Shown: positions 12,866 through 26,327, counted from the stretch's first letter. The stretch is DNA of 64,000 bases from Octopus vulgaris (GCA_951406725.2 OX597816.1:161200001-161264000); one strand, 5' to 3'. Made by a program: numbers and translations. The notes: generated from the sequence alone by a model not told the origin.

Positions 12866-13162
12866 CTGACAGATGTGTGTGTGCTTGTGCACTTGTACAT
12901 CAGTGTTTCTTTCTGCGATTGCATTGTTTTGAGAGTGCAGCTTTATGGGTACGGGGGTCTAGGTGCATCAGTCAGCTTCATGTGTTTACACTTGCATCTG
13001 TGAGGGAGAGTGGGAGGTTGAGAAAGACTGGAAGAGAGAGAATGAGGGGAGGGCACATGAGGTTGGTTCGTAAGAACCTTGAACTTTACCACTTGTTTTC
13101 CTTCTGTTTGCCTTCTTTAAGGATAGTGACAACAATATAAGGTGGTGGAGAGTGAAGTTGCT

Positions 13163-13415
13163 TTAGTAGCAGCAGCAGCAGTAGTAGTAGTAGCAGTAGT
13201 AGTAGTAGTAGTAGTAGCAAGTAGTAGCAAGTAGTAGCAGTAGTAGTAGTAGTAGTAGTAGTAGCAGAGTAGTAGTAGTAGTAGTAGTAGTAGTAGCAGT
13301 AGTAGCAGCAACGGTAGCAGTAGTAGTAGCAGCAGCAGTAGTAGTAGTAGTAGCAACGGTAGCAGTAGTAGTAGTAGTAGCAGTAGCAGCAGCAGCAGCA
13401 GCAGCAGAGAGTGGT

Positions 13416-13470
<55 letters not shown>

Positions 13471-13475
13471 GTAGT

Positions 13476-13513
<38 letters not shown>

Positions 13514-13562
13514 CAGCAGCAGCAGTAGCAGCAGCAGCAGTAGTAGTAGTAGTAGTAGTAGT

Positions 13563-13594
<32 letters not shown>

Positions 13595-13598
13595 TAGT

Positions 13599-13675
<77 letters not shown>

Positions 13676-13737
13676 CAGCAGTAGTAGTAGTAGTAGCAGT
13701 AGTAGTAGTAGCAGTAGTAGTAGTAGTAGTAGTAGTG
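13163..13737. repeat. (AGT)n/(AGC)n compound trinucleotide microsatellite, about 575 bp
   Basis: Directly visible. Confidence 0.95.
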
Positions 13738-13976
13738 TATGTAAACAAAACATTTGCACTAGGAGGGTTTATTTGCTGAAGTGGTGGGTGGGAGCGCAAA
13801 GTAACAATTAAATAAATAAATGAATGAATAAATAGAACATAGAGAAAACAGACAATGTGTAGGTGTTTTTGTATCTGTAGTTGCTATGGAGATGATGCAG
13901 ACCTCTGAATATGGCTGACTGCTTTCATAGGTGTGAGCAACAGTTAGCAAGATAGATAGATAGGTCTACAACTAGG

Positions 13977-15222
<1,246 letters not shown>

Positions 15223-16138
15223 GAGATGCATTCTTTCACAGCACACTCACACATTACATAGGACCACATTTTATTCATTAAAATATAATGGTATTCACAT
15301 TTAATCCATAAGTGGTAATCACTGCAGAGCAATAACCTTTGTCCAGCGATGTTTAGTGTCTGGAGTGGGCAGGGGTGGAGGTATATTTTGGAAGATCATC
15401 ACCAGCTTAAGTTTTGTTGTTGTTGTTGGCTCTTCTTCTTTCTACCTTGTGTTTCTTCATTTTCTGCTTTTCCACCTCCTTTTCTAACTTGCTGATTTTC
15501 ATAACTACTACTACTACTACTACAACTACAACTACTACCACCACCATCACCTCCTTTCTCCCTCTTTCTCCTTTCTCCCTCTTCCTTCCTCGTTCCCCCT
15601 CCTTTCTCCCTCGTTCCTACTTCCTCCTTCTTTCCACCCCCCTCTCCTTCCTTGTTCCTCCTTCCTGCCTGCCTCCTTCTTTCTCCCTCCCACTCCCCTC
15701 CTCTTCCCATCCCTCCATCACCACCACCACCTCCTCCTTCTAACAAGCTGTAAGTTGTAAAGATAAACACCTGTAATTTAACAATAGTTATTATAACAAT
15801 AGATTAAATGTAATTAATACAACACTAATTCCATAATTTCTTCTGACCTTAAAAATCCTTCTTGTGACACTTTTACTGCATCCTTCAAGTAATAAATTAA
15901 ATTTTAGAAGAGACACAGGTATGGCAGCATGATTAAGAAGATTTCTTCCCAAACCACATAGCTTTGGGTTCAGTCCCACTCTGTAACACCTCGAGGCCAA
16001 CCAAATCCTTTGTGAATGGATTTGGTAGATGGAAACTGAAAGAAGCCCATCATATGTATGTTTGTTATTTCTTAGTTTCACTCTTGATTTCTCACCAATG
16101 GAGAAAGCACTCTTGGAATTTCAAGAATATCAGCATAT

Positions 16139-16978
16139 AGGCACAGGAGTCGCTGTGTGGTAAGCAGCTTGCTTACCAACCACATGGTTCTATGTTCAGT
16201 CCCATTACATGGCACCTTGGGCAAATGTCTTCTACTATACCCTCGGGCTGACCAAAGCCTTGTGAGTGGATTTGTTAGATGGAAACTGAAAGAAGCTCGT
16301 TATATATATATATGTATATATATTATATGTATGTGTTTGTATATGTTTGTGTGTCTGTTTGTCCCTCCCTTCGTTGCTTGACAACCGATGTTGGTTTGTT
16401 TATGTCCCCATAACTTAGTGGTTCTGCAAAAGAGACTGATAAAATAAGTACTAGGCTTACAAAGAATAAGTCTTGGGGTTGATTTGTTTGACCAAAGGTG
16501 ATGCTTCAGCATGGCCACAGTCAAGTGACTGAAGCAAGTAAAAGAATAAAAACATATTGTGCTTGTTTGTGTAAAGTAGGCACAGGCATGGTGGTTTAGT
16601 AAGAAGCTTGGTTCCAAACCATGTGGTTCTGGGTTCATTGCGACTGTGTGACTCCTTTTACTATAGCCTCAGTCCGACCAAAGCCTTGTGAGTGGATTTG
16701 ACAGACAGAAACTGAAAGAAGCCTATATATATATATTATATATTTATGTATGTGTCTTTGTGGTGTTTGTGCCCCCCCCCACGCCCACCACCACTTGACA
16801 ACTGATATTGGTGTGTTTACTTCCCCATAACTTAGCGGTTCGGCAAAAGACACTGATAGTATAAGTACTAAGCTTACGGTGAATAAGTCCTGGGGTTGAT
16901 TTCTTCAACTAAAAAGGCGGTACTCCAGCATGGCCACAGCATGGCCACAGACTGAAACAAGTAAAAGAATAAAAGAAT
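16139..16978 (+). mobile_element. Two tandem full-length bipartite CORE-type SINEs (family B): 16139-16552 and 16578-16978
   Basis: tRNA-like head, CORE-like accttgggcaa(a/g)tg, internal TA/TG microsatellite, second body cttgacaaccgatg...ccagcatggccacagtc...aagtaaaagaataaaa. Confidence 0.85.
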
Positions 16979-18497
16979 ATGTGCATGTGTGTGGGTGCGT
17001 GCATGCGTATGTTTAGGATCCTTGTCTTGACATCACACGCTGCTTGTAGGTGAGGGTCACTATCCTACAAAGAATATCTTTTGTTTGCAATCTTCCATTA
17101 AAGTGTGTCTGGTGAGGGTTGGCAATCAGAAGAGCATTTGATCATAGAAAATCTGCCTCAACAAATTCCATCTGATCCATACAAGCCTAGAAACGTGGAC
17201 ATTAAAACAATGAGAATGATGACAGTGATGATAACAAGGGGAAGATGGTGATGATAGTGATTATGATGTTGATGACATCTAAGTGACTCAGAAATCTTTT
17301 ATATGCAAATAATTTTATAAAGAAATGATACAAAAGAAATGAGACAAAATAACATCTAATGGTCTTAGAACAAAGTCATTTACCAATTGTCCTCATTGCT
17401 ATTTGGAGTTGTTCTAACTGTGGAGAAGTTAAGATATCAATCATTTCCAATTCTATATGGAATTGCTATGTGGAGTTGTGCCATCTATAGCAAATCATCC
17501 GTTGGTGCCATTGCTAAATAGAATTCTTCTGTCAGAAATCCTATTTTGGTATGCCAGAAATGACATCAAATGATGATGATGATGGTGATGATTTCTCTGA
17601 AGATCCCATCTTGCCTGTAGATAGTTCAGCCAAAATTGGAGAGTGTCCTCTCTAGGATTTCAAGTCTGAGGAAAGTGACAAGAAATTTCAGCTATTGCCT
17701 ATGTTGTAGTTACTCTTCCCCACAGCATTAATGTAACAAGTTTGTCATCTACCACTTGTGGTTTATCTTCCTTTCTTCCATCAATTTAGTTGGCCTTCAC
17801 CTGGCCTCTATGACTGATGTGTGATGCACCTCTTTCTAAGCTAGGATTTTTTTTAAGGAAGAATTAATGCTGATTCATGTTGAACATGTATTGTAGGCTT
17901 CTGCAGGGCATTGAAAACACTACAACAAACATCTTTCTGAATAAGCATGAGTTCTCCCTTCAGATGAAGTTATAGTGTTATTTTGTTCTAACTTTAGTGT
18001 TTTCTTGGCAAAGATATTAGGGTGGTTTGTCATTGCCTTCACCAACTGGATGGCCGTTGGCCCACAAGAAGCTCATCTGCCTTTTGACAAGACTTGTTTT
18101 TTGTCCTGCCGGGCATTCAGACAATTTCCTTGCAAGTGGAGCAATCCACTAATTAGGGGAGCTGGTTTAATCACCAATCACTCGACTATGGAAAGAGCTA
18201 GTACTAGTTTACAAGATACCAGTAGCAAGTTACATCAGTCTGTGATGAGATTCCTGACCTGACCTAAGCTAGGATCACATCCCAAAATTTAGCTATTCTC
18301 TCTAGAGAATAATGTCTAGTGATGCAGTAAATCATGTGATCAGGTTACATCATTCATATTTAGTTGCACAACAGATATGTGGTCTGCTATTTATTATCTC
18401 ATTATGCTTTGAACCAAGAATGATGATGGAGACTTATATCTGAATCAGTCAAGGCATGAAACAGAATTTGGCGAAAGCGGAAAACAAAACAAGACTT

Positions 18498-18694
18498 CAG
18501 TTCTATATTTAAGAGATGAGGAATTATGTACATTATTTACACTATTTACATTTGATGGATATTTGTCCTCAATACAACGTTTCGGCTGATATACCCTCCA
18601 CCCTTTCTTAGGAGTCCACCCACGAGCATATGGCATAGTGGTTAAGAGCACAGGCTACCAACCCCAAGATTACGAGTTCGATTCCAGGCAGTGA

Positions 18695-18748
<54 letters not shown>

Positions 18749-18897
18749 CAACAACAACATTGAAAAATACCTTAGGAATGATAGCCCAGGTTCGAAATTT
18801 TCCCAAGACACCCGATGAAAGCTGGAGGGTATATCAACCGAAACATATTAACAAACAAGATGAGGACAAATATCTCTAAAATATAAATAATATATAT
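18498..18897 (+). mobile_element. tRNA-headed, hammerhead-bearing fold-back retroelement (PLE-type tail) with 10-bp TSD
   Basis: TSD aaaacaagac at 18486-18495 and 18898-18907. Inverted 3' arm 18498-18616. A box tggcatagtgg 18631-18641, B box gttcgattcc 18676-18685. (AAT)n linker. Hammerhead-like gacac-ccgatga-a-agctg-gagggtatat-caacc-gaaac at 18807-18844. Confidence 0.75.
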
Positions 18898-19704
18898 AAA
18901 ACAAGACCTTTTAAAATAAGATATTTAAAAATTTTATTCTGATTAGGCATGAAAACTAGTTTCATAGGGTGTTATCACCAAATACTAAATTGGAAGCTAT
19001 TATCATGTAAAAAATAATAATAACAAAATAATGATAAATCAAAATTGTGAGATAAAAAAAATTATAAAAGGTTTCTCCTTGTGAAGTGTGTGATCTTTAC
19101 CAAAATCAAATCTTAGTTAAAATGGAATTAGAACCAATATATAAAATTGACCTTTCAAATATATATCTTTTGGATATTATGGATGGTGCCAAATTTTCTG
19201 AAAACTAATCTTTCTCTCTCTACCCTGCAGATCATAGGCAAGTTCTAAGTAGATAGCAAATGTCAGAAGTTCTACGGTGGTTCCTGTTGATGTTATCGGT
19301 AGTAAATGGCAATTCAATGATTTACTGAAATGTCACATTTGAGTAGAATATCTCTTTTATGGTAATAATTACATCAAATAATTTGGTAAATAGAAGAAAC
19401 TTGGAAGAAATATTATGCTGTCATCTTGCTGGCATAGGTATTAGGAAAGCATTACCATCATTGATTTAATATCTGCTTCTCTATGAGCTTATCTAACAGC
19501 ATATTATCGGTTAGGTCTAACATAATTATATCTTATCCCCAATTACTTTTTTATATAGTTTAACTCTGTTTTCGTAGAGAGAAGAAATTGAAATATGTAA
19601 TTCAAGTCCATAAACAAAAGAAATTTATTGTTGTTGTCGTTGTTGTTCTGGAGCTTCAAATAGCTCGGTTTGAATATGAAGGGGGTTGTAAATATATGGT
19701 AAAT

Positions 19705-20032
19705 CACGATTGCTGAGACCCCCTCCGATCATGACTAACCATGGGATTGCACCTAGAAAGTTACCATCCCAGGCACAAGACCAGGCAAGGTTGTTTATGG
19801 GAGACCAGCAGCTCCCCATGCATACTGGCCTCCCCTTTCCATGCCCCTAGTGTTATCCAAGGGAAAGGCAAAGGGGCCGATACAGCTTAGCACCAGTGAC
19901 GTCGCAACTCATTTCTACAGCTGAGTGAACTGGAGCAACGTGAAATAAAGTGTCTTGCTCAAGAACACAACACGCAGCCTGGTCCGGGATTCGAACTCAC
20001 AACCTTACGATTGCAAGCTCGATGCTCTAACC
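19705..20032 (-). mobile_element. tRNA-derived SINE (head B2 + tail Z); second copy at 47620-47950
   Basis: Reverse reads ggttagagcatcgagc...gtgagttcgaatccc (B box)...gttcttgagcaagacactttatttcacgttgctccagttcactcagctg. Confidence 0.85.
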
Positions 20033-23000
20033 ATAGGTGTGAACAATGACAATATAGGTGTGAACAATGACATTTAACAGGTTTGTGCTGGTGCCACATA
20101 AAGAATACCCAGTTCACTCTGTAAAGTGGCTGGCGTTAGGGAGAGCATCAAGCCATAAAAATCATGTCAGAGCAGATGATCGGAGCTTAGTTCCACTCTC
20201 TATGTTGCCAACTCTTGTCAAACTGTCCAACCCATGCCAGCATGGAAGATGGATGTTAAATGATATTGGCAGGGTATGCAGAATGACAACCAAGGGTGGG
20301 TGAGGAATTACATCTCCCCCTTTCCCAATCTCCATCTCACAGATCTAAACATATTCTTTGTTCCCGAAACCCTTTCCCATCTCTGTTTGAGGCAGTTTTT
20401 TTTAGACGGATGCCCTTCATGACACCAACAAAATCACCTCTCATAAAATGTAGAGACACAGTGTACCTATTCTGAAAATCAGGCAAATGTTTAACAAATA
20501 CTTGCAAGTAAGTTTTTTTTATTGGATTTGAGTATTATTGGTATTGCTAGACATAAATAACTGATGCAAACTGGATTAAAAGATTCATACACATCAATAC
20601 ACAACCATATCAATACATTCAAAGACATTATAAAATCCTTTGCAGTTTAAAATTTCTGAAACTTTACTTCTATATATGGCAGATTTAATCTACAAAGAAC
20701 ATTTACAGTTCTGATGTATATGTTTACACACGTTGTTCTGAGTTCAAATTCTGCTGTGTTCGATTTTGTCTTTCATCCTTTCAGGGTCGATAAAATGAGT
20801 ACCAGTGAAACACTGGGGTCGATGTAATTGACTAGTTCCCCTACCCTAAATTTCAAGCCTTGTGCCTATAGTAGATATATATATATATATACAGCAGGAG
20901 TGGCTGTGTGGTAAGTATTGTGTTTAGTATTTGATTCTTTGGAGGAATGAAAAGTAAAATTGAACCTTTATGAGATTTGAACTTAGAACATAACTACTTC
21001 AAGCAGTTTGTCTAATACTCTATCAATTCTGCCATTTTGTCATCTGTTGGTTTCAACACCCACATCAAAAAGTTAAACTAAACAGAATCTCTACCCAGAT
21101 CATAAATATCAGTTTAATATTTCTTGTTATGGGAGGCTTTCTGTAGGCGAACAGCAACAGTCAAATACTAAACGTGAAACTTGCCTGTAGCCAAATGGGG
21201 ATTGGTGATAAAAGTGATAGAAACACATGTATCAGAACTTAAAGAGATCAAAGCAGGAATCTCTATGTATGCTTATGCCCTGATGTGTTACGTAGACAGA
21301 AGGAATTAATGTCACCCTAATGGTGCAATGTACATTCAGGAAATAACGACAATGGTATTGACTTAACACTGATACCCTTGTCTTTCACATGCTTACCATT
21401 CACAGAGAAGAAACTCTATATGGTTCTATGCACACTATATCCCTTTCTTGATGCTACAAATTTGACACTGTTCTGAGAAATATGTCTTCTATTTTGAAGG
21501 AATTGAGAACATATGGAATGGACTGGGCTAAAAACAAACAACATATTCCTTCTGGGAGATTTTTCTTCTTCTTAAACTGAAATAACAAGAAAGTAATTGT
21601 TTTGACTTGAAATTTGCTGCAAAAACAAAGTCAAACGGAATCTCTTCTTGAAATCTCCAAAGATTTATTTGTGTAACAATTTTTGTCTTTCCACAAATAG
21701 TGATAACAATGAATGAGATCTCATTTACAGAAATAATTTAACCTCATTCATTACACACACACACACACATACATGCATGCACACACACACATGCATGCAC
21801 ATGTGCAATACATACCCACTCATGCATGCATGCATGCACTGACACACACGTGCATGTGCACCCACACATGCTCACACACACATACATGCATGCATGCATA
21901 CATACATGCATGTATGCATGCACACACAGATACACATGCAGGTGCACACACACACTCACACATACATACATACATACATACATACACACATACATACATA
22001 CATACACACATACATACATACATGCACACATACATACACACATACATGCATGCACACACACACACACACATGCATATCAGTATCGGCACTCTTGAAACAG
22101 CAGAGATCAAAATCCTACAACTGTCCTACATTTGTGTTTACATAAACGTGCTATTAATGATATACATATCTTTATACATACATATTGTGTGTATAAAAAA
22201 ACTGAAGGGCTGGTTCATAAATTATTCAATTACGTCATCATAGACATGTTTTCATGATAGTAGTCAGCAGTATGACACAATAATCCATTATGAATGTTAA
22301 AGAAGGGCATCTAGCTGTAAAGACCATGCCAAAACAGACACAGTAGCCTGGTGTAGTCTTCTACCTGGGTGGCTCGTGTCAAACAGTTCAACCCATATCA
22401 CCATGGAAGATGAACATTAAATGATGATGATGATATATATATATATGTATGTATGTATGTATGTATATAAGTCATAAGTCTTCGCTATAGGGACTGGTAA
22501 CCACTATAAGCTGTAGGCTGACCAAAGGATTTTATTTTTGATATATCTGGGGTACTTATATGTACTCATGATTTTTGCTTTGGCTTTTTTCCATGGGGGC
22601 ATGTAAGTATCTTTTCATATTTTCTACTGATAGGAAAAAATCTATTATGAGATTAATTCCGAAATTGTTTCAATATAGAAATAACGAACTTTTTAAAAAA
22701 ATTCTATTGGCTGGCTTTCCTCGATTTCAGCTTTTCGGGTTTTCTGTAGCGAGTAAATAATATGTGGAAATTGACGATTTAAAAGTCTGTTGTCAGCATA
22801 TTGGCATAGAAATAATTTTCTTTAGCCCTTATTTATAAGTTGTATATATATATGTCCAGCCCATCTATATGTATATATATTCATTCATATATTTATTGAT
22901 ACACACAAAATATATTTGAGTGAATGTGTGTGTGCGTGCATGTGTATGTGTGTGTCTGTGTACCCTTATTCTGGCATTACGTGATGGTTGTGAATGAACA

Positions 23001-23365
23001 TCACTGTCATACCAGCAATGTTGTTCATTTTCAGTTTTCTGTGGAAAAACATTTTTGGTTATGGGAAATGTCACATCGCTTGGAAACAAATCAAGGTTAG
23101 TGACAGGAAGAGCATCATCTGGCTGTAGAAAATCCTCCTCAACAATTTCCATTCGACCCATGCAAGCACAGAAAAGTGGACATTAAATGATATTGATGAC
23201 AAACGTGACTGTGCGGTAAGAAGCTTGCTTCCCAACTAGATGATTACAGGTTCAGTCTCTCTGTGTGGCACCTTGGGCAAGTGTTATCTGTGATAGCCTC
23301 ATGAGTGTATTTGGTAGACAGAAACCGAAAGAAGCCCATTGTATATACATATACATATACATATA

Positions 23366-23540
23366 CAGGAGTGGCTGTGTGGTAAGTAGCTTGCTTACCA
23401 ACCACATGGTTCTGGGTTCAGTCCCACTGCATGGCATCTTGGGCAAGTGCCTTCTGCTATAGCCTCGGGCCGACCAATGCCTTGTGAGTGGATTTGGTTG
23501 ACGGAAACTGAAAGAAGCCTGTCGTATATATGTACATATA

Positions 23541-23578
<38 letters not shown>

Positions 23579-23778
23579 TCCCCCTAGCATTGCTTGACAA
23601 CCGATGCTGGTGTGGTTACGTCCCCGTCACTTAGCTGTTCGGCAAAAAGAGACCGATAGAATAAGTACTGGGCCTACAAAGAATAAGTCCCGGGGTCGAT
23701 TTGCTCGACTAAAGGTGGTGCTCCAGCATGGCCGCAGTCAAATGACTGAAACAAGTAAAAGAGTAAAAGAGTAAAGAG
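23366..23778 (+). mobile_element. Full-length bipartite CORE-type SINE (family B), young-looking
   Basis: Highly similar to 59430-59840, with CpGs retained. Confidence 0.9.
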
Positions 23779-23787
23779 TATATGTAT

Positions 23788-24177
23788 ATATGTGAAACAT
23801 GGGCCGTGACTGCTGAGGACATGCGTAAGCTCATGAGGAATGAAGCCAGTATGCTCCGATGGATGTGTAATGTCAGTGTACTTACTCGACAGAGTGTTAG
23901 TTCCCTAAGAGAAATGTTGTACCTAAGAAGCATCAGTTGTTGCGTGCAAGAGAGACAATTGTGATGGTATGGTCATGTGGCGAGAATGGATGAAGATAGG
24001 TGTGTGAGAAAGTGCCAATCCCTAGCAGTTGAGGGAACCCGTGGAAGAGGTAGACCCAGGAAAACCTGGGACGAGGTGGTGAAGCACGACCTTCGAACAT
24101 TAGGTCTCACCATGGAAATGACCAGAGACCGAGACCTATGGAAGTATGCTGTGCGTGAGAAGACCCGGCAAGACTAG
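23788..24177 (+). pseudogene. C-terminal ORF fragment of a 5'-truncated RTE-clade LINE
   Basis: Single frame: CETWAVTAEDMRKL..EASMLRWMCNV...QERQL*WYGHVARMDEDRCVRK...VEGTRGRGRPRKTWDEVVKHDL...DRDLW. ETW, WYGHVxR and RGRPRKTW are RTE hallmarks; one in-frame stop. Confidence 0.92.
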
Positions 24178-25266
24178 TAAAGCCATAACCCGTGGCCCCT
24201 ACCTGGGACGTAGTCAGTCCGCCTGTGCATACCTTCCTGCTTGTGACACTTGTGAAGACCTGTTGAGGCAAATCAAATCAAAGTCAAATCGAATCAAGTC
24301 AAACCAAATTAAAATAGATGAACATCAATGGAATTTGTATCCTTGTGGTACCAGTGCCGGTGGCACATAAGAAAACCATCCGAACAGGACCGTAGCCAGT
24401 ACCGCATCGACTGGCCTCCGTGCTGTGGGCACGTAACAAACACCGTCCGAGCGTGGCCGTCTGCCAGCCTCATCTGGCACCTGTGTCGGTGGCACATAAA
24501 AACACCATCCGAGCGTGGCCGTCTGCCAGCCTCGTCTGGCACCTGTGTCGGTGGCACATAAAAACACCATCCGAGCGTGGCCGTCTGCCAGCCTCGTCTG
24601 GCACCTGTGTCGGTGGCACATAAAAACACCATCCGAGTGTGGCCGTCTGCCAGCCTCATCTGGCACCTGTGTCGGTGGCACATAAAACACCATCCGAGCG
24701 TGGCCGTCTGCCAGCCTCGTCTGGCACCTGTGTCGGTGGCACATAAAAACACCCACTACACTCTCGGAGTGCCGGTGGCACATAAGAAAACCATCCGAAC
24801 AGGACCGTAGCCAGTACCGCATCGACTGGCCTCCGTGCTGTGGGCACGTAACAAACACCGTCCGAGCGTGGCCGTCTGCCAGCCTCATCTGGCACCTGTG
24901 TCGGTGGCACATAAAAACACCATCCGAGCGTGGCCGTCTGCCAGCCTCGTCTGGCACCTGTGTCGGTGGCACATAAAAACACCATCCGAGCGTGGCCGTC
25001 TGCCAGCCTCGTCTGGCACCTGTGTCGGTGGCACATAAAAACACCATCCGAGTGTGGCCGTCTGCCAGCCTCATCTGGCACCTGTGTCGGTGGCACATAA
25101 AACACCATCCGAGCGTGGCCGTCTGCCAGCCTCGTCTGGCACCTGTGTCGGTGGCACATAAAAACACCCACTACACTCTCGGAGTGGTTGGCGTTAGGAA
25201 GGGCATCCAGCTGTAGAAACACTGCCAACCCATGCTAGCATGGAAAGCGGACGTTAAACGTTTATC

Positions 25267-25268
<2 letters not shown>
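24178..25268 (+). mobile_element. RTE 3' UTR containing 62-bp tandem units and the terminal module found in about 15 dispersed copies
   Basis: Directly follows the RTE stop codon. Units start at 24447, 24509, 24571, 24633, 24694 and again +415. Ends ggagtggttggcgttaggaagggcatccagctgtagaaac...catggaaagcggacgttaaacg. Confidence 0.85.
24353..25186. repeat. Apparently perfect 415-bp direct tandem duplication with AGTG junction microhomology
   Basis: agtgccggtggcacataagaaaacc at 24353 and 24768. Identical ORF peptides are offset by 415 in the ORF track. Confidence 0.92.
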
Positions 25269-25310
<42 letters not shown>

Positions 25311-25317
25311 GATAAAC

Positions 25318-25860
25318 GTCACCCTTTTCAAGCCGAGCCAGGTTCATGGGCCCAGTTTCCTGGTTTCTTTGGTGTATGTGTTCCCCCAGCTGGATGGGAT
25401 GCCAGTCCATCGCAGCATTACTCAAGAAACAGGAAGTGAGAGTGAGAGAAAGTTGTGGCGAAAGAGTACTACAAGGTTCGCCACCATCTCCTGCCAGAGC
25501 CTCGTGGAGCTTTTAGGTGTTTTCGCTCAATAAGAACACACAACACTCGGTCTGGGAATCGAAACCATGATCCTCCGACTGCGAGTCCGCTGCCCTAACC
25601 ACAGGGCCATTGCGCCTTTGAGCCATTGAGCCCAGTCAAGCTCATGGGCCCGGTTTCCCAGTTTCTATGTCGTACATGTTCCCCAGCTGGATGGGATGCC
25701 AGTCTATCATAGTGTTACTCATTTTTGCCAGCTGAGTGGACTGGAACAACATGAAATGAAGTGTTTTGCTCAAGAACACAATGTGTTTTCTAGTCCAGGA
25801 ATCGAAACCACAATCTTACGATCATGGTGCTAACACCCTAACCACTAAGCCACGTTTCTC
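25318..25860 (-). mobile_element. Two adjacent SINEs with different heads sharing tail Y (25318-25617 and 25630-25860)
   Basis: Both carry gactggcatcccatccagctgggg...gggcccatga on the minus strand. Heads match the 4117 type and the 19705 type respectively. Confidence 0.8.
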
Positions 25861-25906
<46 letters not shown>

Positions 25907-26283
25907 AATATTTTTGAGTGAGTTTTTGTGTTTGTCCTCCACTATCGCTTGACAACTGATGTTAACTGATGTCAATGTGTTTACGTTCCTGAAACTTAGC
26001 AGTTCAACAAAAGAACACAGTAAGTAGTATCAACTAAAAAGCCCTTTATGATGGTGCTCCAGCATGGCTGCAGTCAAATGACTGAAACCAGTAAAAGAAT
26101 GAAGGAAAGTTACATTTATGAATATGTGTTGTAAGATTCCTGATGTGAAGTTGTGTATTGAAACGGATGTATTTTGGGATGGTCATGTTTTATTTTTTAA
26201 AATTTTTTGCCAAATAAACACCTGCACTAAATATTTGTTCTTCACTCGTTTATTACTGCTCTTATTTTAACCCGGTGTCCATT

Positions 26284-26327
26284 GTCCGGAAATCTTTCAT
26301 CATACATCTGTGACCTCTTCGGTGGAC
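26284..26327 (-). ncRNA. Decayed minimal type-I hammerhead ribozyme motif (PLE-type)
   Basis: GUCCA-CCGAAGA-G-GUCAC-agaugu-AUGAU-GAAA-GAUU-UC|CGGAC. Stems I and II are recognisable; stem III is near-palindromic (AGAUCU). Confidence 0.6.

Noticed and set aside
17400-18260. Possible ancient LINE or RTE 5' region on the minus strand (gaaggcaatgacaaaccacc motif)
   Set aside because: No recognisable translated domain; too decayed to call.
18620-18697. Genuine tRNA gene
   Set aside because: A and B boxes are present, but no convincing acceptor stem or oligo-T terminator; it lies within a TSD-bounded element.
24353-25186. CRISPR-like repeat-spacer array, and 147-280 aa ORFs on the minus strand
   Set aside because: The spacers are near-identical rather than unique, there are no cas genes, and the context is eukaryotic. 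The ORFs are read-through of the 62-bp units.
25160-25215. Twister or pistol ribozyme in the RTE terminal module
   Set aside because: The gccggt...ggagtggttggcg stretch loosely recalls twister-bearing RTE sequences, but I could not place the UAA cleavage loop or the UCCCAAGC loop by eye. Needs cmscan.
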